This document shows positions 44,668 through 54,366 of a stretch of 64,000 bases of DNA, piece by piece. Numbering within the stretch: position 1 is the stretch's first letter; each line of letters begins with the position of its first letter. This DNA comes from a candidate division WOR-3 bacterium. GTDB taxonomy: Bacteria; Hydrothermota; Tepidihabitantia; B3-TA06. Under the pieces are notes generated by a model. That model had not been told where the DNA came from, did not search any database, and saw nothing but the letters and a program-made list of their open reading frames with translations. The DNA lies in assembly GCA_965649265.1 (NCBI GenBank), contig CBFGKC010000001.1, positions 77,119 to 141,118 on the forward strand. Direction: 5' to 3'. Position numbers and translations under genes: made by a program.

Positions 44668-46761
44668 ATGCTTAAGGCCCTCATTATTACGTTAATCTTA
44701 AGCCGGAGCCAGGCGCCAGCGGCGGATACCGCCCTTTCAACACATCCCGAAAGAGACGGGCTCCCAATGGTTGCGGTAAAGGCAACTAGGGCGGATACCG
44801 CTCTTCCCGGCATTCCGGCGCTTCCTGCCGTTCCCGGGATGGTGGAGCTTCCCGAGGTCGTGGTAACGGCAACGAGGCTCTCCATGCCCGCATCCCTTTC
44901 CCCGTGGCCGGTCGAGGTAATCCGTCCCGCCGGTAGTATGGAGCTTTCCGGAGCACTCAGGCAGAGCGCCTCTAGCGACGTGCGCGCGTACGGACTCGAA
45001 GGTCAGCCTGCCTACTTTTTCCTCGGGGGCGTGACCTCGACCCGCGTGCTGGTGCTTGCAGACGGGGTTCCGCTCAACTCCCGGACCAACGGCGTTATCG
45101 ATCTCGGAATGCTCGCTCTCTCTCCGGGCTCCCGCATCGAGCTCGTTCGCGGGCCGCTCTCCGCGCTCTACGGCTCGGCCGCCATAGGAGGGGTCATCAA
45201 CGTCATTCCCTCATTCGACGAAGGGTTATCCGCATCTCTCGGACTGGACAGGCTCCTCGGCCTAGAGGCACAGGCGTCCGGGTCGCACAGGTTCGGTCCC
45301 TTGGCAGCCAGGCTTTCCGCATCCTGCCTCTCCTCTCCGGGAATTCGCAGCAACGATTCCACTCAGCGCTACAATGCGGACGCCGGGCTCGAACTCAAGC
45401 TCAAAAACGGCCTTACGCTGGGTGCTGGTCTCGGCTTCACCGACCGCGGCATCGGCGTTCCGGGACCCCAGCCCGACACGTCTCTCGGAATCCCCCGCTT
45501 CGGGGACGCGCTCTCCACCTCCCTCTACGACAAGGAACACGACGACCTCCTCTCCTCAAACCTCAAGGCCTCCTGGAACCCGGTCCCCGGCTTTTCCTCT
45601 GCCCTTAAGCTCTACGGATTGTCGCAGACGGTCATATATGATCAAAGATATGTAAGTTACAATCCTGACTGGACCGAGTACGTCGCTCTCGAGAATGACC
45701 GCTACCTTGACTCGAAGCTCGGGGCCGACCTCCTACTCAGCTCGAAACTCGCATTTCTCAACCTCGCTGCCGGCATAAACGTCGAACGTGAAGGGGTCAA
45801 CGTCTCGAACGTCAGTCGCGACAGCGCCACGCTCGACACAACGTCAAATATTACGTGGGATGCGTCCGATATCCATCTCGGTTCCTGGGTCGAGGGAATC
45901 GCAGAACTCGGCATCTTCACCCCCTCGCTTGCCTTGCGGCTCGACTGGTCGCCGCAGTATGATGCCGCACTCTCGCCCGAGGCTGGACTCGCTGTAACCC
46001 TCATACCAGAGCGCCTTAAGCTCTCGGCAGCATACGGGCAGGCGTTCCGGGCACCAACGTTCAATGACCTTTACTGGCCGTGGATGGGTGACTCCACCCT
46101 CAAGCCCGAGCACGGGCAGACCGCAACCCTTGCCGCCGATGCACAACTCCTCCACTTTCTGTCATTTACAGCTTCAGGTTCGTGGAAGAATATAAGAGAC
46201 ATGATTTCATGGCTTCCCGACTCCGCGGGCGTCTGGAAGGCGACCAACGTGGACAGGGTGCAAATCCTCGGAACCGACGCGACTCTTAAACTTAGAGTCG
46301 CCGACAGCCTCCTCCTTGTTTCCCTCGGCGCCGCCTACAACCACGCACAGGAGACGCGCACCATCGTAACTTACTCAGATGCCACTGGAACCCAGACCTC
46401 GGTCGTAACGCGGCAAGCGGCCTTCATTCCGCCGCTTATGCTCAAGGGCAGCATCACCCTCCGGGCATGGAAGGGCGGCAAGTTATCCACCTCAGCGACT
46501 TGGACCTCATCACGTGTCAACTACTACTCCGACTACTCGGCCTGGCCGGAAGTGGGCGTGCTCACAAAAGCCATAAATCCGTCATTTAAGCTCGACGCCT
46601 CCGTATCCCAGACGTTCCTCAAGCTCCTCACGCTCGAGGCGGGCGTTTCAAACATCCTCGATGACCGAACCGCGGAGCAGTTCGGAACCTATTACACCGA
46701 TCTCAACTATCCCACATCCGGCCGCAACTTGTACGCAAAGCTCTCAGTCAGTTACAGGTAA
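44668..46761 (+). CDS. btuB: TonB-dependent receptor, probable vitamin B12 transporter
   Basis: EVVVTATR TonB box, RIELVRGPLSALYGSAAIGGVINV plug, AFRAPTFNDLYW, GVSNILD; under a cobalamin riboswitch. Confidence 0.85.
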   Translation: MLKALIITLILSRSQAPAADTALSTHPERDGLPMVAVKATRADTALPGIPALPAVPGMVELPEVVVTATRLSMPASLSPWPVEVIRPAGSMELSGALRQSASSDVRAYGLEGQPAYFFLGGVTSTRVLVLADGVPLNSRTNGVIDLGMLALSPGSRIELVRGPLSALYGSAAIGGVINVIPSFDEGLSASLGLDRLLGLEAQASGSHRFGPLAARLSASCLSSPGIRSNDSTQRYNADAGLELKLKNGLTLGAGLGFTDRGIGVPGPQPDTSLGIPRFGDALSTSLYDKEHDDLLSSNLKASWNPVPGFSSALKLYGLSQTVIYDQRYVSYNPDWTEYVALENDRYLDSKLGADLLLSSKLAFLNLAAGINVEREGVNVSNVSRDSATLDTTSNITWDASDIHLGSWVEGIAELGIFTPSLALRLDWSPQYDAALSPEAGLAVTLIPERLKLSAAYGQAFRAPTFNDLYWPWMGDSTLKPEHGQTATLAADAQLLHFLSFTASGSWKNIRDMISWLPDSAGVWKATNVDRVQILGTDATLKLRVADSLLLVSLGAAYNHAQETRTIVTYSDATGTQTSVVTRQAAFIPPLMLKGSITLRAWKGGKLSTSATWTSSRVNYYSDYSAWPEVGVLTKAINPSFKLDASVSQTFLKLLTLEAGVSNILDDRTAEQFGTYYTDLNYPTSGRNLYAKLSVSYR

Positions 46762-46983
46762 TTGATATACCCCGGGAGAACACCTCGTGTTTTCCCGGGG
46801 CCTCCTTTACTCACTCCAAAAAACGGGGTAAAAAAGCTGGTCAAAAGTGGGACAAAAGATGGACAAAACAGGGATTTTTGGGTAAAAAAAGGGTAGATTT
46901 CAGGCCAAATTGAGGCAAAAAACTACGTTCAAACGATAGCAGTTTGATTTTGATAGCGGGATTAATTTTTTAAGAAACTGGAA

Positions 46984-48192
46984 TGTCATTGCGAGGGTGC
47001 TTCGAGCAACCGAAGCAATCTATTCACGGAGTGAATGCTCCTTTAATTGGGAGAAGTGGATTGAGCCATGAGATTGCGTCGCTGGCCAGAGGCCGTCTCG
47101 CAAGGACACTGGGGAGGACAACCGTAGGGGGGTCGAGGTTAGCGCCTCAGGCGTTCGCTGCACGTCAGGTCGGCCCGCACAGCCGTCTGTCATTCTGAGG
47201 AGCAACGAAGTTGCGACGTGAGAATCTCTTTTATGATCTGCCAACACCTTTGGCGTCGGTGTTCAATATGATGGGACATTTCATTTGTTCATCACATTTC
47301 TATTAATTCCATATTTATTAAGCCAGATAGTGACATTTGAAACCATCCAACGATTAAAAGGGTTTTCTAAGGAGGGATCAAGAGATTTTAGGCTTTGAAA
47401 AACAGCAATTATATTACTACAGGTAGTGAAGCTTAACGAAGCCATAACATTTAATACGAAGCGAACTTTATTCAAATCTAGAAAAGGCCCCCAATAGATG
47501 AAGTGGCCTTCATCGACCATAAGCATTTTCTTAATCCCATTCCACGTGGGATGGATGCCTAATGTGGATAAATATCCGTAGAGGACCCTTGCACCCTCAG
47601 CAATGCCCTTTGAATGTTCGTCTTCATTTTCTTCCAAGAACTTGCGTATTTCTCCAGGGGAGTATTCTTTTCCGTTCTTCCATTTTTGAATTGCCGATGT
47701 ATTTATCGAAAACATTTTTAGAAGCAAGGAGCTTTCATCAATATCCCTTGCGATCATTAGTGAAGCTTGATAAAATCCCGAGAGAACTAAACTCAAAGAT
47801 ACTGCAAGATCATTGTGTATCCTTGAAATAAGTACCTGGACAACCAGCTCGTCGTCAGTTTTGTGTTTTCGATCAATACCTATCTTTTTAATCCAATCAA
47901 TGGATTCATTCAGAACCTTCAAATGATCTCTGCACTCCTCGTCAGTGCCAATAGCCACAAGGATTTGCTCGCGCATCTTTTTCTCGGCTTCCAATATGCT
48001 CGCAAGTTTTTCCGGCAAGGGTGGGACTATTGCCATTTTCTTCCTCCTCTTTTTCGGTTCAGGTTATAGTATATTGCGAGTTGGGAAAGTCAATGCTTAT
48101 CGGCAAATGGACGGGTGTCGTAGAAATAAAAAAAGGAACATTCCCTGCGGGAATAGATTGCTTCGGTTGCTCGAAGCAACCTCGCAATGACA
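46984..48192. repeat. 42-bp inverted repeats (46984-47025, 48151-48192; 1 mismatch) bracketing an AT-rich ORF
   Basis: TGTCATTGCGAGG(G/T)TGCTTCGAGCAACCGAAGCAATCTATTC on opposite strands. Confidence 0.85.
47281..48036 (-). CDS. AT-rich hypothetical protein, DUF5677/HEPN-like
   Basis: R-x-x-x-E (ARDIDE) and LYGYLSTLGIHP motifs; GAGGAAG RBS; promoter TTGACT-N16-TACTAT at 48066-48093. Confidence 0.6.
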   Translation of the reverse strand: MAIVPPLPEKLASILEAEKKMREQILVAIGTDEECRDHLKVLNESIDWIKKIGIDRKHKTDDELVVQVLISRIHNDLAVSLSLVLSGFYQASLMIARDIDESSLLLKMFSINTSAIQKWKNGKEYSPGEIRKFLEENEDEHSKGIAEGARVLYGYLSTLGIHPTWNGIKKMLMVDEGHFIYWGPFLDLNKVRFVLNVMASLSFTTCSNIIAVFQSLKSLDPSLENPFNRWMVSNVTIWLNKYGINRNVMNK

Positions 48193-48199
48193 CTATGTT

Positions 48200-50266
48200 T
48201 TATGGGGTCAAGATCAGATACTGGAAGAGCTTTCTGCGCTCCTCCTCGGGCAGGAGGGAGTAGTGCGAGAAGTGCATGGCGAACGATGCGCGGCCCTGGC
48301 TGCGCGAGCGCAGGTTGGTCGCGTAGCCGAAGCTCTCGGCCAGGGGCAGGAAGCCCTTGATGAGCTTCTGTCCCTTGATGTCTTCGAGCTGCTCGATCTT
48401 TCCTCGTCTCGAGCCCAGGTCCGATATGATGTCACCCAGGTACTCCTCGGGCGTGATTATCTCAAGGTCCATTATCGGCTCGAGAAGCGCGGGCGAGGCC
48501 TGTTCGTATGCGTCGCGGAATGCCTGAGCGGCGGCTGCCTTGAAGGCGATGTCGGAGGCCTCCTCCTCCCTGAACTCCACGTCGGTTACGGTCACGCGCA
48601 TGTTGGTCACGGGATACCCGAGAAGGGGCCCGGCGGTGAAGGAGTCCGAAAGGCTCTGTTCGATAGCCTGCAGGAACTCCCGGGGCAGCTCGCTCCGCAA
48701 ACGAATCTTGACGTCCTTGCCGCCCTCGTGCGGCTCGACCTTCACCGTCACGGCGGCGTAGTGATTTTTTGTGCCTATCGCCCTCGCGAACACGGCCTTG
48801 CGCTCGATCTTCTCGGTCACGGTCTCCCTGTATGATACCTGGGGCTTGCCCACGCGCACGGGCACGCGGAACTCGCGCTGCAACCTGTCCGCCAGTATCT
48901 CCAGATGCAGTTCGCCCATGCCGGAGATGAGCGTCTGGCCTGTCTCGGGATCGATGCGGACGCCGAAGGTCGGGTCCTCCAGCTGCAATATCTCGAGCGC
49001 TCTTCCGAGCTTTGCCTCGTCGGCCTTGGTGTGAGGCTCAACCGCCTGGTGGATGACGGGTTCGGGGAAGCGCATGGCCTCGTATGCTATCGGGTGCTTC
49101 TGGTCGGAGAGCGTTGAGCCTGTCGAGACGTGTCGCAGTCCGGATATCAACCCGATCTCGCCCGCCTGGAGCGTCGCGACTTCCTCGAAGTGGTTGGCGT
49201 GCGGAAGGAAGAGCTTCTGCGCGCGCGAACGTTTTGCGCCTGGGAAACCAAGCACCGTCTCTCCCTGCTTGAGCGTCCCCGAGTAGACCCTCGTGAACGC
49301 CAGAGGTCCCATGTGCTGGTCGTAGGCAAGCTTGAACACGAGGCCGGAGAAGGGCTCCCCGGACAGGGGCTTGCGAATCTCGACTTTCGCCTCGTCTTCC
49401 GGATCGTGCCCGGCAAGCGGCGGCACGTCGAGGGGGGAGGGGAGGTAGTCAATGATGGCGTCCAGCAAGGGCTGCACGCCCTTGTTCTTGAGGGCCGATC
49501 CGCAGAGCACGGGCACTATTTTGCCCTCAAGGGTCAACCGCCTCAACGCTTTCTTGAGCGGTGCCGACTCGCTCTTGCGGCCGGCGAGAAAATCTTCTAA
49601 AATCTCCTCTTCCACCTCGCTCGCCTCGTTGACGAGGCGCTCGCGCCAGCGCCTGGCCTCCTCCACCAGCTCCCCGGGAATTTCCTCCACTATGTACTCC
49701 GCTCCCAGAGTCTCGTCCTTCCAGCGCAGCGCCTTCCACTCGACTAAATCCACTATACCCTTGAACCCCTGCTCTGCGCCCCACGGGATCTGGACGGGCA
49801 CGGGCTTCTGCGAAAAGCGCGCCTGCATCATGTCGACGACGCGCTCGAAATCCGCAGCCACGCGGTCCATCTTGTTTACGAGCGCTATCCTTGGAATATG
49901 ATACCTGTCCGCCTGGTGCCACACGGTCTCCGACTGTGGCTCGACGCCCGCGACCGCGTCGAAGATGACCACAGCGCCGTCGAGAACCTTGAGCGAGCGT
50001 TCCACCTCGATAGTGAAATCGACGTGGCCGGGAGTATCAATCACGTTGATGCGGAAATCTTTCCAGTACACAATCGTCGCCGCGGACGTAATGGTGATGC
50101 CCCTTTCACGCTCCTGCTGCATCCAGTCCATGGTGGTCGAACCCTCGTCCACCTCGCCCATCTTGTGAATCCTCTTTGCGTAGTAGAGAATCCTCTCCGT
50201 AGTAGTGGTTTTTCCGGCGTCTATATGCGCGGCTATGCCTATGTTTCGAAGCTTTAAAAGGTCCAT
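48200..50266 (-). CDS. fusA: Elongation factor G paralog, outside the str operon
   Basis: [34 protein letters not shown]; divergent domain IV. Confidence 0.9.
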   Translation of the reverse strand: MDLLKLRNIGIAAHIDAGKTTTTERILYYAKRIHKMGEVDEGSTTMDWMQQERERGITITSAATIVYWKDFRINVIDTPGHVDFTIEVERSLKVLDGAVVIFDAVAGVEPQSETVWHQADRYHIPRIALVNKMDRVAADFERVVDMMQARFSQKPVPVQIPWGAEQGFKGIVDLVEWKALRWKDETLGAEYIVEEIPGELVEEARRWRERLVNEASEVEEEILEDFLAGRKSESAPLKKALRRLTLEGKIVPVLCGSALKNKGVQPLLDAIIDYLPSPLDVPPLAGHDPEDEAKVEIRKPLSGEPFSGLVFKLAYDQHMGPLAFTRVYSGTLKQGETVLGFPGAKRSRAQKLFLPHANHFEEVATLQAGEIGLISGLRHVSTGSTLSDQKHPIAYEAMRFPEPVIHQAVEPHTKADEAKLGRALEILQLEDPTFGVRIDPETGQTLISGMGELHLEILADRLQREFRVPVRVGKPQVSYRETVTEKIERKAVFARAIGTKNHYAAVTVKVEPHEGGKDVKIRLRSELPREFLQAIEQSLSDSFTAGPLLGYPVTNMRVTVTDVEFREEEASDIAFKAAAAQAFRDAYEQASPALLEPIMDLEIITPEEYLGDIISDLGSRRGKIEQLEDIKGQKLIKGFLPLAESFGYATNLRSRSQGRASFAMHFSHYSLLPEEERRKLFQYLILTP

Positions 50267-50273
50267 TGTCGGA

Positions 50274-51725
50274 TTAACGGGCTATTTCCTTGGCTATTTC
50301 CTTGAGGATGCCTGCGGATTTCATCCGGTCCGAAGGCAGGCAGGTCATGGTTTTGGTGTTGCGAACCTCCACCGAAACCTTTATCTCAGGTTTTGTCGGG
50401 TCCGTATTGATGACGAACGCCGGACCGGTGACCCGCTCTCTTAAAAGCGAAAGCGCAAAATTAAGATTGGCAACTTCCTCCTCCACTCCCGAATTCGCGA
50501 GAAGTATGATTCCCTGCACCTTTGCCACGAACGTCTGCCAGAGGGGCGCGAAGCGCTTGGCTCCCGGAAGCCCGTAGAGGTTGAACTGGTAAGGGCCTAT
50601 CACCACCTTGCCGAAATTTAAAACCTTGTCCTCCGATTTAAGGGAGTCCTCCTCACCCGAAACGGTGTGGATGAAGATGTTTCGGGAATCCCTGTCGGTG
50701 CCTATAACGACAAGATTGAATACGTGCGTAATGGCCTGCGGCTTTAGCTCATCCCCGCCTGCCTCCTCGATATCCGCGCGCTGGCCCAGCTCCGCCACTC
50801 CCGCCGAAATCATCGTCTTGAGAACCTCGAGGGTTCCGAAATCGGAGAAAGGGCTTTCCGTAAGCAGCTGGCGCACCGTCAGCTTTCCGTCCGCGAGCTC
50901 GGCAATGTAACTCTGCTCATCATTGAGCTCCCGTCCGTTGGCATGAATCACCGGGACGGCGTCCAGATTAAGCTCCTGCTTTATTCGCTCCGCCTCGTCC
51001 AGCTCCCGCAGCGACTCGAATATCGCCTCGTCGGTCTGGTTCTGTATCGAAGGGATCACTGAAAGACTCTCCGTGAGCTTCACCTTGAAGGTACCCTCGG
51101 ACCACGAAAGCAGAGTGGGCAGAGCGGCGAGGCCGTGCTTGTTGCGGTAGTTGGCGGCTATGAGTTTTCCGGCGGCAAGGTAAAGGACTCCCTGCTCACC
51201 GGAGGATTCCAGATACACCTCGCCCGTCTTCTGGCCGAAGGAGAGCATCTGTAAAAGATCAATAACACCGAGATCCTCGATTCTTCCCGATGTCGCGACC
51301 TCGGACTCCTCCGAGCGCTTGAATGTCTCGCGGTAGCGCGCGTAGCGGTCCAGGAGAATTTCCATGCGCGCGAGCAACTCCCTGAACTCGAAGGGTTTCG
51401 TGAGATAATCGTCGGCTCCAAGCCTCAATCCTTTTACCTTATCCTGCGTGTCGGCGAGTGCCGAGAGAAATATGAACGGGATATTGCTCAGGTGCTCCGT
51501 TCCCCTTATGCGCTCGCAGAGCGCGTAGCCGTCCATTCCGGGCATCATTATGTCGGCAATCACTATGTCTGGCGCGTTTCCCTGCGCCTTCTCGAGCGCG
51601 ACGTTCGCCGATGACGCCACCGTGACGTCGAAGCCTTGCTCCGAGAGCCTTATCTCCAGGAGATTCAAAAGATGCGGATCGTCGTCAACGACGAGGACTT
51701 TGTATGTCGGAACCTTGGCGTTCAC
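50274..51725 (-). CDS. Receiver + DUF4388 (PATAN-like) + degenerate MglA-like small GTPase domain
   Basis: VVDDD..ADIMMP..KPF; [30 protein letters not shown]; [27 protein letters not shown]. Confidence 0.78.
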   Translation of the reverse strand: MNAKVPTYKVLVVDDDPHLLNLLEIRLSEQGFDVTVASSANVALEKAQGNAPDIVIADIMMPGMDGYALCERIRGTEHLSNIPFIFLSALADTQDKVKGLRLGADDYLTKPFEFRELLARMEILLDRYARYRETFKRSEESEVATSGRIEDLGVIDLLQMLSFGQKTGEVYLESSGEQGVLYLAAGKLIAANYRNKHGLAALPTLLSWSEGTFKVKLTESLSVIPSIQNQTDEAIFESLRELDEAERIKQELNLDAVPVIHANGRELNDEQSYIAELADGKLTVRQLLTESPFSDFGTLEVLKTMISAGVAELGQRADIEEAGGDELKPQAITHVFNLVVIGTDRDSRNIFIHTVSGEEDSLKSEDKVLNFGKVVIGPYQFNLYGLPGAKRFAPLWQTFVAKVQGIILLANSGVEEEVANLNFALSLLRERVTGPAFVINTDPTKPEIKVSVEVRNTKTMTCLPSDRMKSAGILKEIAKEIAR

Positions 51726-52108
51726 GGCTTGTTCCTTGCAGAGGTGCGTTCAAGAACCGCCGCTATATCCGCCGCCACCTGCCGCGTGTCTATGGGTTTG
51801 GCTATGAAACCGTCGCACCCGCACGCGTTGACTATCTCCTCGTCATGCCTGTCGGATATTGCCGTGACCGCTATCACCGGTATCTTCTTCAAATCCACAT
51901 CTCTCTTTATGATTCGGGTCGCCTCGTAGCCGTCCATTCCGGGCAGATGCATGTCCATGAGAATCAAATCGGGTTTGAGTTCCCTTGCCAGCGCTATGCC
52001 CTCATCGGCGGTCTGGGCGCATCTTACCACGTGGCCGACCATTTCCAGAAGCACGCGCAGGAGCTCCTGGTTGCCTTCGTTATCCTCAACCACGAGAATG
52101 GTGCTCAC
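51722..52108 (-). CDS. Single-domain response regulator (DivK-like)
   Basis: ILVVEDN, LILMDMHLPGMDG, IAVTA, IAKPID. Confidence 0.9.
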   Translation of the reverse strand: MSTILVVEDNEGNQELLRVLLEMVGHVVRCAQTADEGIALARELKPDLILMDMHLPGMDGYEATRIIKRDVDLKKIPVIAVTAISDRHDEEIVNACGCDGFIAKPIDTRQVAADIAAVLERTSARNKP

Positions 52109-53658
52109 GACTGTTTCTCCTCGGTCGTCTGGCGGCCCAGGAGCTCGCCGATCTTGCGCCTGAGCGATGTACGATCGAGCTGGGCCTTGGTGAATATATC
52201 CCTGATGTTGCGGCCAAGATTGGCGCGGTCTATCTCCGTCAAATCCTTCGCGGTAAACAAAATCACGGGCAGGCTCTTCGTAATCTCATCCGACTCGAGC
52301 AGCCGCATGACGTCGAAGCCGTCGAGGTCGGGCATCATCAAATCGAGAACCACGAGGTCGGGTTTCTCCTTGCGCGCCGTCTTTACCCCCTCCACCCCGC
52401 TCGCGGCCTTCAGCACCTCGTAGCCGTCAATCTTGAGCATCTCCTCGATGAGACTTATATCCGCGGGATTGTCGTCAATGACGAGCACGCGGTGTGTCTT
52501 GCGGCCCTTCTGGGCGAGCCGCTCAATCTTGGACAGGAGTTCGAGTCTTGCGACCGGTTTGACCATGTAGTCCACGGCTCCAAGCGAGAGCCCGAAGCTC
52601 TTGTCCTCCACAATCGAAACGACGATTATCGGAATATCCTTTGTCTCCGGAAGCTCCTTTAACCGGTGAAGCACGCGCCAGCCGTCCATCTCGGGAAGAA
52701 GAATGTCCAGCGTTATCGCGGCCGGCAGGAGGGTTATTGCCTTGCGCAGCGCCTCCTCCCCAGTCGTTGCGACCTCGACCTTGTAGCCGGCGTCCGCGAG
52801 CCACACAGACATGAGATTTGCCGCAAGCTGGTTGTCCTCGACCACGAGAACGGGCTTGTCGGTGGGCGGAGGAAGCTTTTCCTTCAACTCGCCGGCGGCG
52901 GCCTCCATTGCCGGAGTCTTGGGCTGCTCGAACTTGACGAACGGGAGCTTTATCGTGAACGTGGAGCCCTTGCCGGGTGCGCTCGAGACGTCAATGGACC
53001 CGCCCTGAATCTCAAGAAGCTTCTTTACGAGCGCGAGCCCGAGCCCCGTGCCCTCATATCTTCTTGTGGTAGATGCATCCACCTGATGGAATGCGTCGAA
53101 AACCTTTTTTATTTCCTCCTCCTCGATCCCTATCCCCGTGTCCGAGACCGAGACCACCAGCTTGTCACTTATCTTGCCGGCCTTGATGTTCACGTTGCCC
53201 TTCTCGGTGAACTTGACCGCGTTGGAAAGGAGGTTGTCTATAATCTGGGCAAGCTTGCGCCGGTCGGTCAACAAAGTCTCCAGAGGCTCAATCTCGACAG
53301 TTATCTTTATTCCCTTTCTCTCCGCCAGCACGTTGTATGCCTTCAGGACATCATCCACAATCAGCGCGAGATCGGTCGGTTCGTTGAATATCTCGAGCAT
53401 ACCGGCCTCGAGCCTTGAGAAATCCAGAATGTCGTTCACGAGACGCAGAAGGTGGGTTCCCGACGAGTGTATGATGCTTATATAATGAGATTGCTTTTCG
53501 TTAAGACCGCCGACAAGACCGTCCATGAGGAGTTCCGAGAATCCTATTATCGAGTTCAAGGGCGTACGGAGTTCGTGGCTCATGCTTGCTAAAAACTGAG
53601 ACTTGAGCCTTGCGGTCTCAATAATCTCCTGGGCTCTTTTGTTATCGTCCTGCTTCAA
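52105..53658 (-). CDS. Sensor-less hybrid histidine kinase with two receiver domains
   Basis: MSHELRTPL at residue ~28, NLLSNAVKFT, DTGIG, GTGLGL, two REC domains; TTG start with AGGAGG. Confidence 0.92.
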   Translation of the reverse strand: MKQDDNKRAQEIIETARLKSQFLASMSHELRTPLNSIIGFSELLMDGLVGGLNEKQSHYISIIHSSGTHLLRLVNDILDFSRLEAGMLEIFNEPTDLALIVDDVLKAYNVLAERKGIKITVEIEPLETLLTDRRKLAQIIDNLLSNAVKFTEKGNVNIKAGKISDKLVVSVSDTGIGIEEEEIKKVFDAFHQVDASTTRRYEGTGLGLALVKKLLEIQGGSIDVSSAPGKGSTFTIKLPFVKFEQPKTPAMEAAAGELKEKLPPPTDKPVLVVEDNQLAANLMSVWLADAGYKVEVATTGEEALRKAITLLPAAITLDILLPEMDGWRVLHRLKELPETKDIPIIVVSIVEDKSFGLSLGAVDYMVKPVARLELLSKIERLAQKGRKTHRVLVIDDNPADISLIEEMLKIDGYEVLKAASGVEGVKTARKEKPDLVVLDLMMPDLDGFDVMRLLESDEITKSLPVILFTAKDLTEIDRANLGRNIRDIFTKAQLDRTSLRRKIGELLGRQTTEEKQS

Positions 53659-54366
53659 CTGGCCTCCTAGGCGAAAAGCATAAAACCGTGGTAGATATGT
53701 AGTTTAAGCCGGGTTTAAGAATTGTCAAGATGTAACGTTTCTAAAAAAGCGAAAAATTAAACGAATATCCCGGAAACTTAACACCGTAAAAACTTGCAGC
53801 AAATAAACGCTCGAGTCTTTCCCTAGGTGTGTAAAAAAGTGCCTCTTATTTCATCTTCTGTGCCGCGTATATTCATCCTCTATATAATATGTACATACCG
53901 CACGAATCATTTTGGGACACTTAAAGCTGTCGGGAACCCCGTTCATCGAGCCCGTCATTTGGACCTGCTGCGGACCCCCTCCCCCCTGTCACTCGACTCT
54001 CACCGATCTCCATCGACGAACGCCGGCTTTTACCCTTTGCTGCAAGCTCCTCTAAAAACAAGGTTCATACGCCGTTTAGCTCGCAGCCTTCAAGCCCCTG
54101 ACGGTACTTAGCGCAGGCCGATTGTATCGGAGACATAATATTAATAGTTCTTGCTTGATTAATGTATTGTTTCTTAAATCGATACCGATTCGATACCTGC
54201 CTGTGGGGAGCATGGTCAAGTGGAATGGTGCTTACGAGTATTGACATCCAAAACTTACAGGGGTATACTATCCTTGAATTTGGATCGGTTGTATGAATTC
54301 CGGACAGGGGAATCACGCAACCTCCGTCTTAAACCAGGATTTGCACATCAAGGAGGGTAATGCCTG

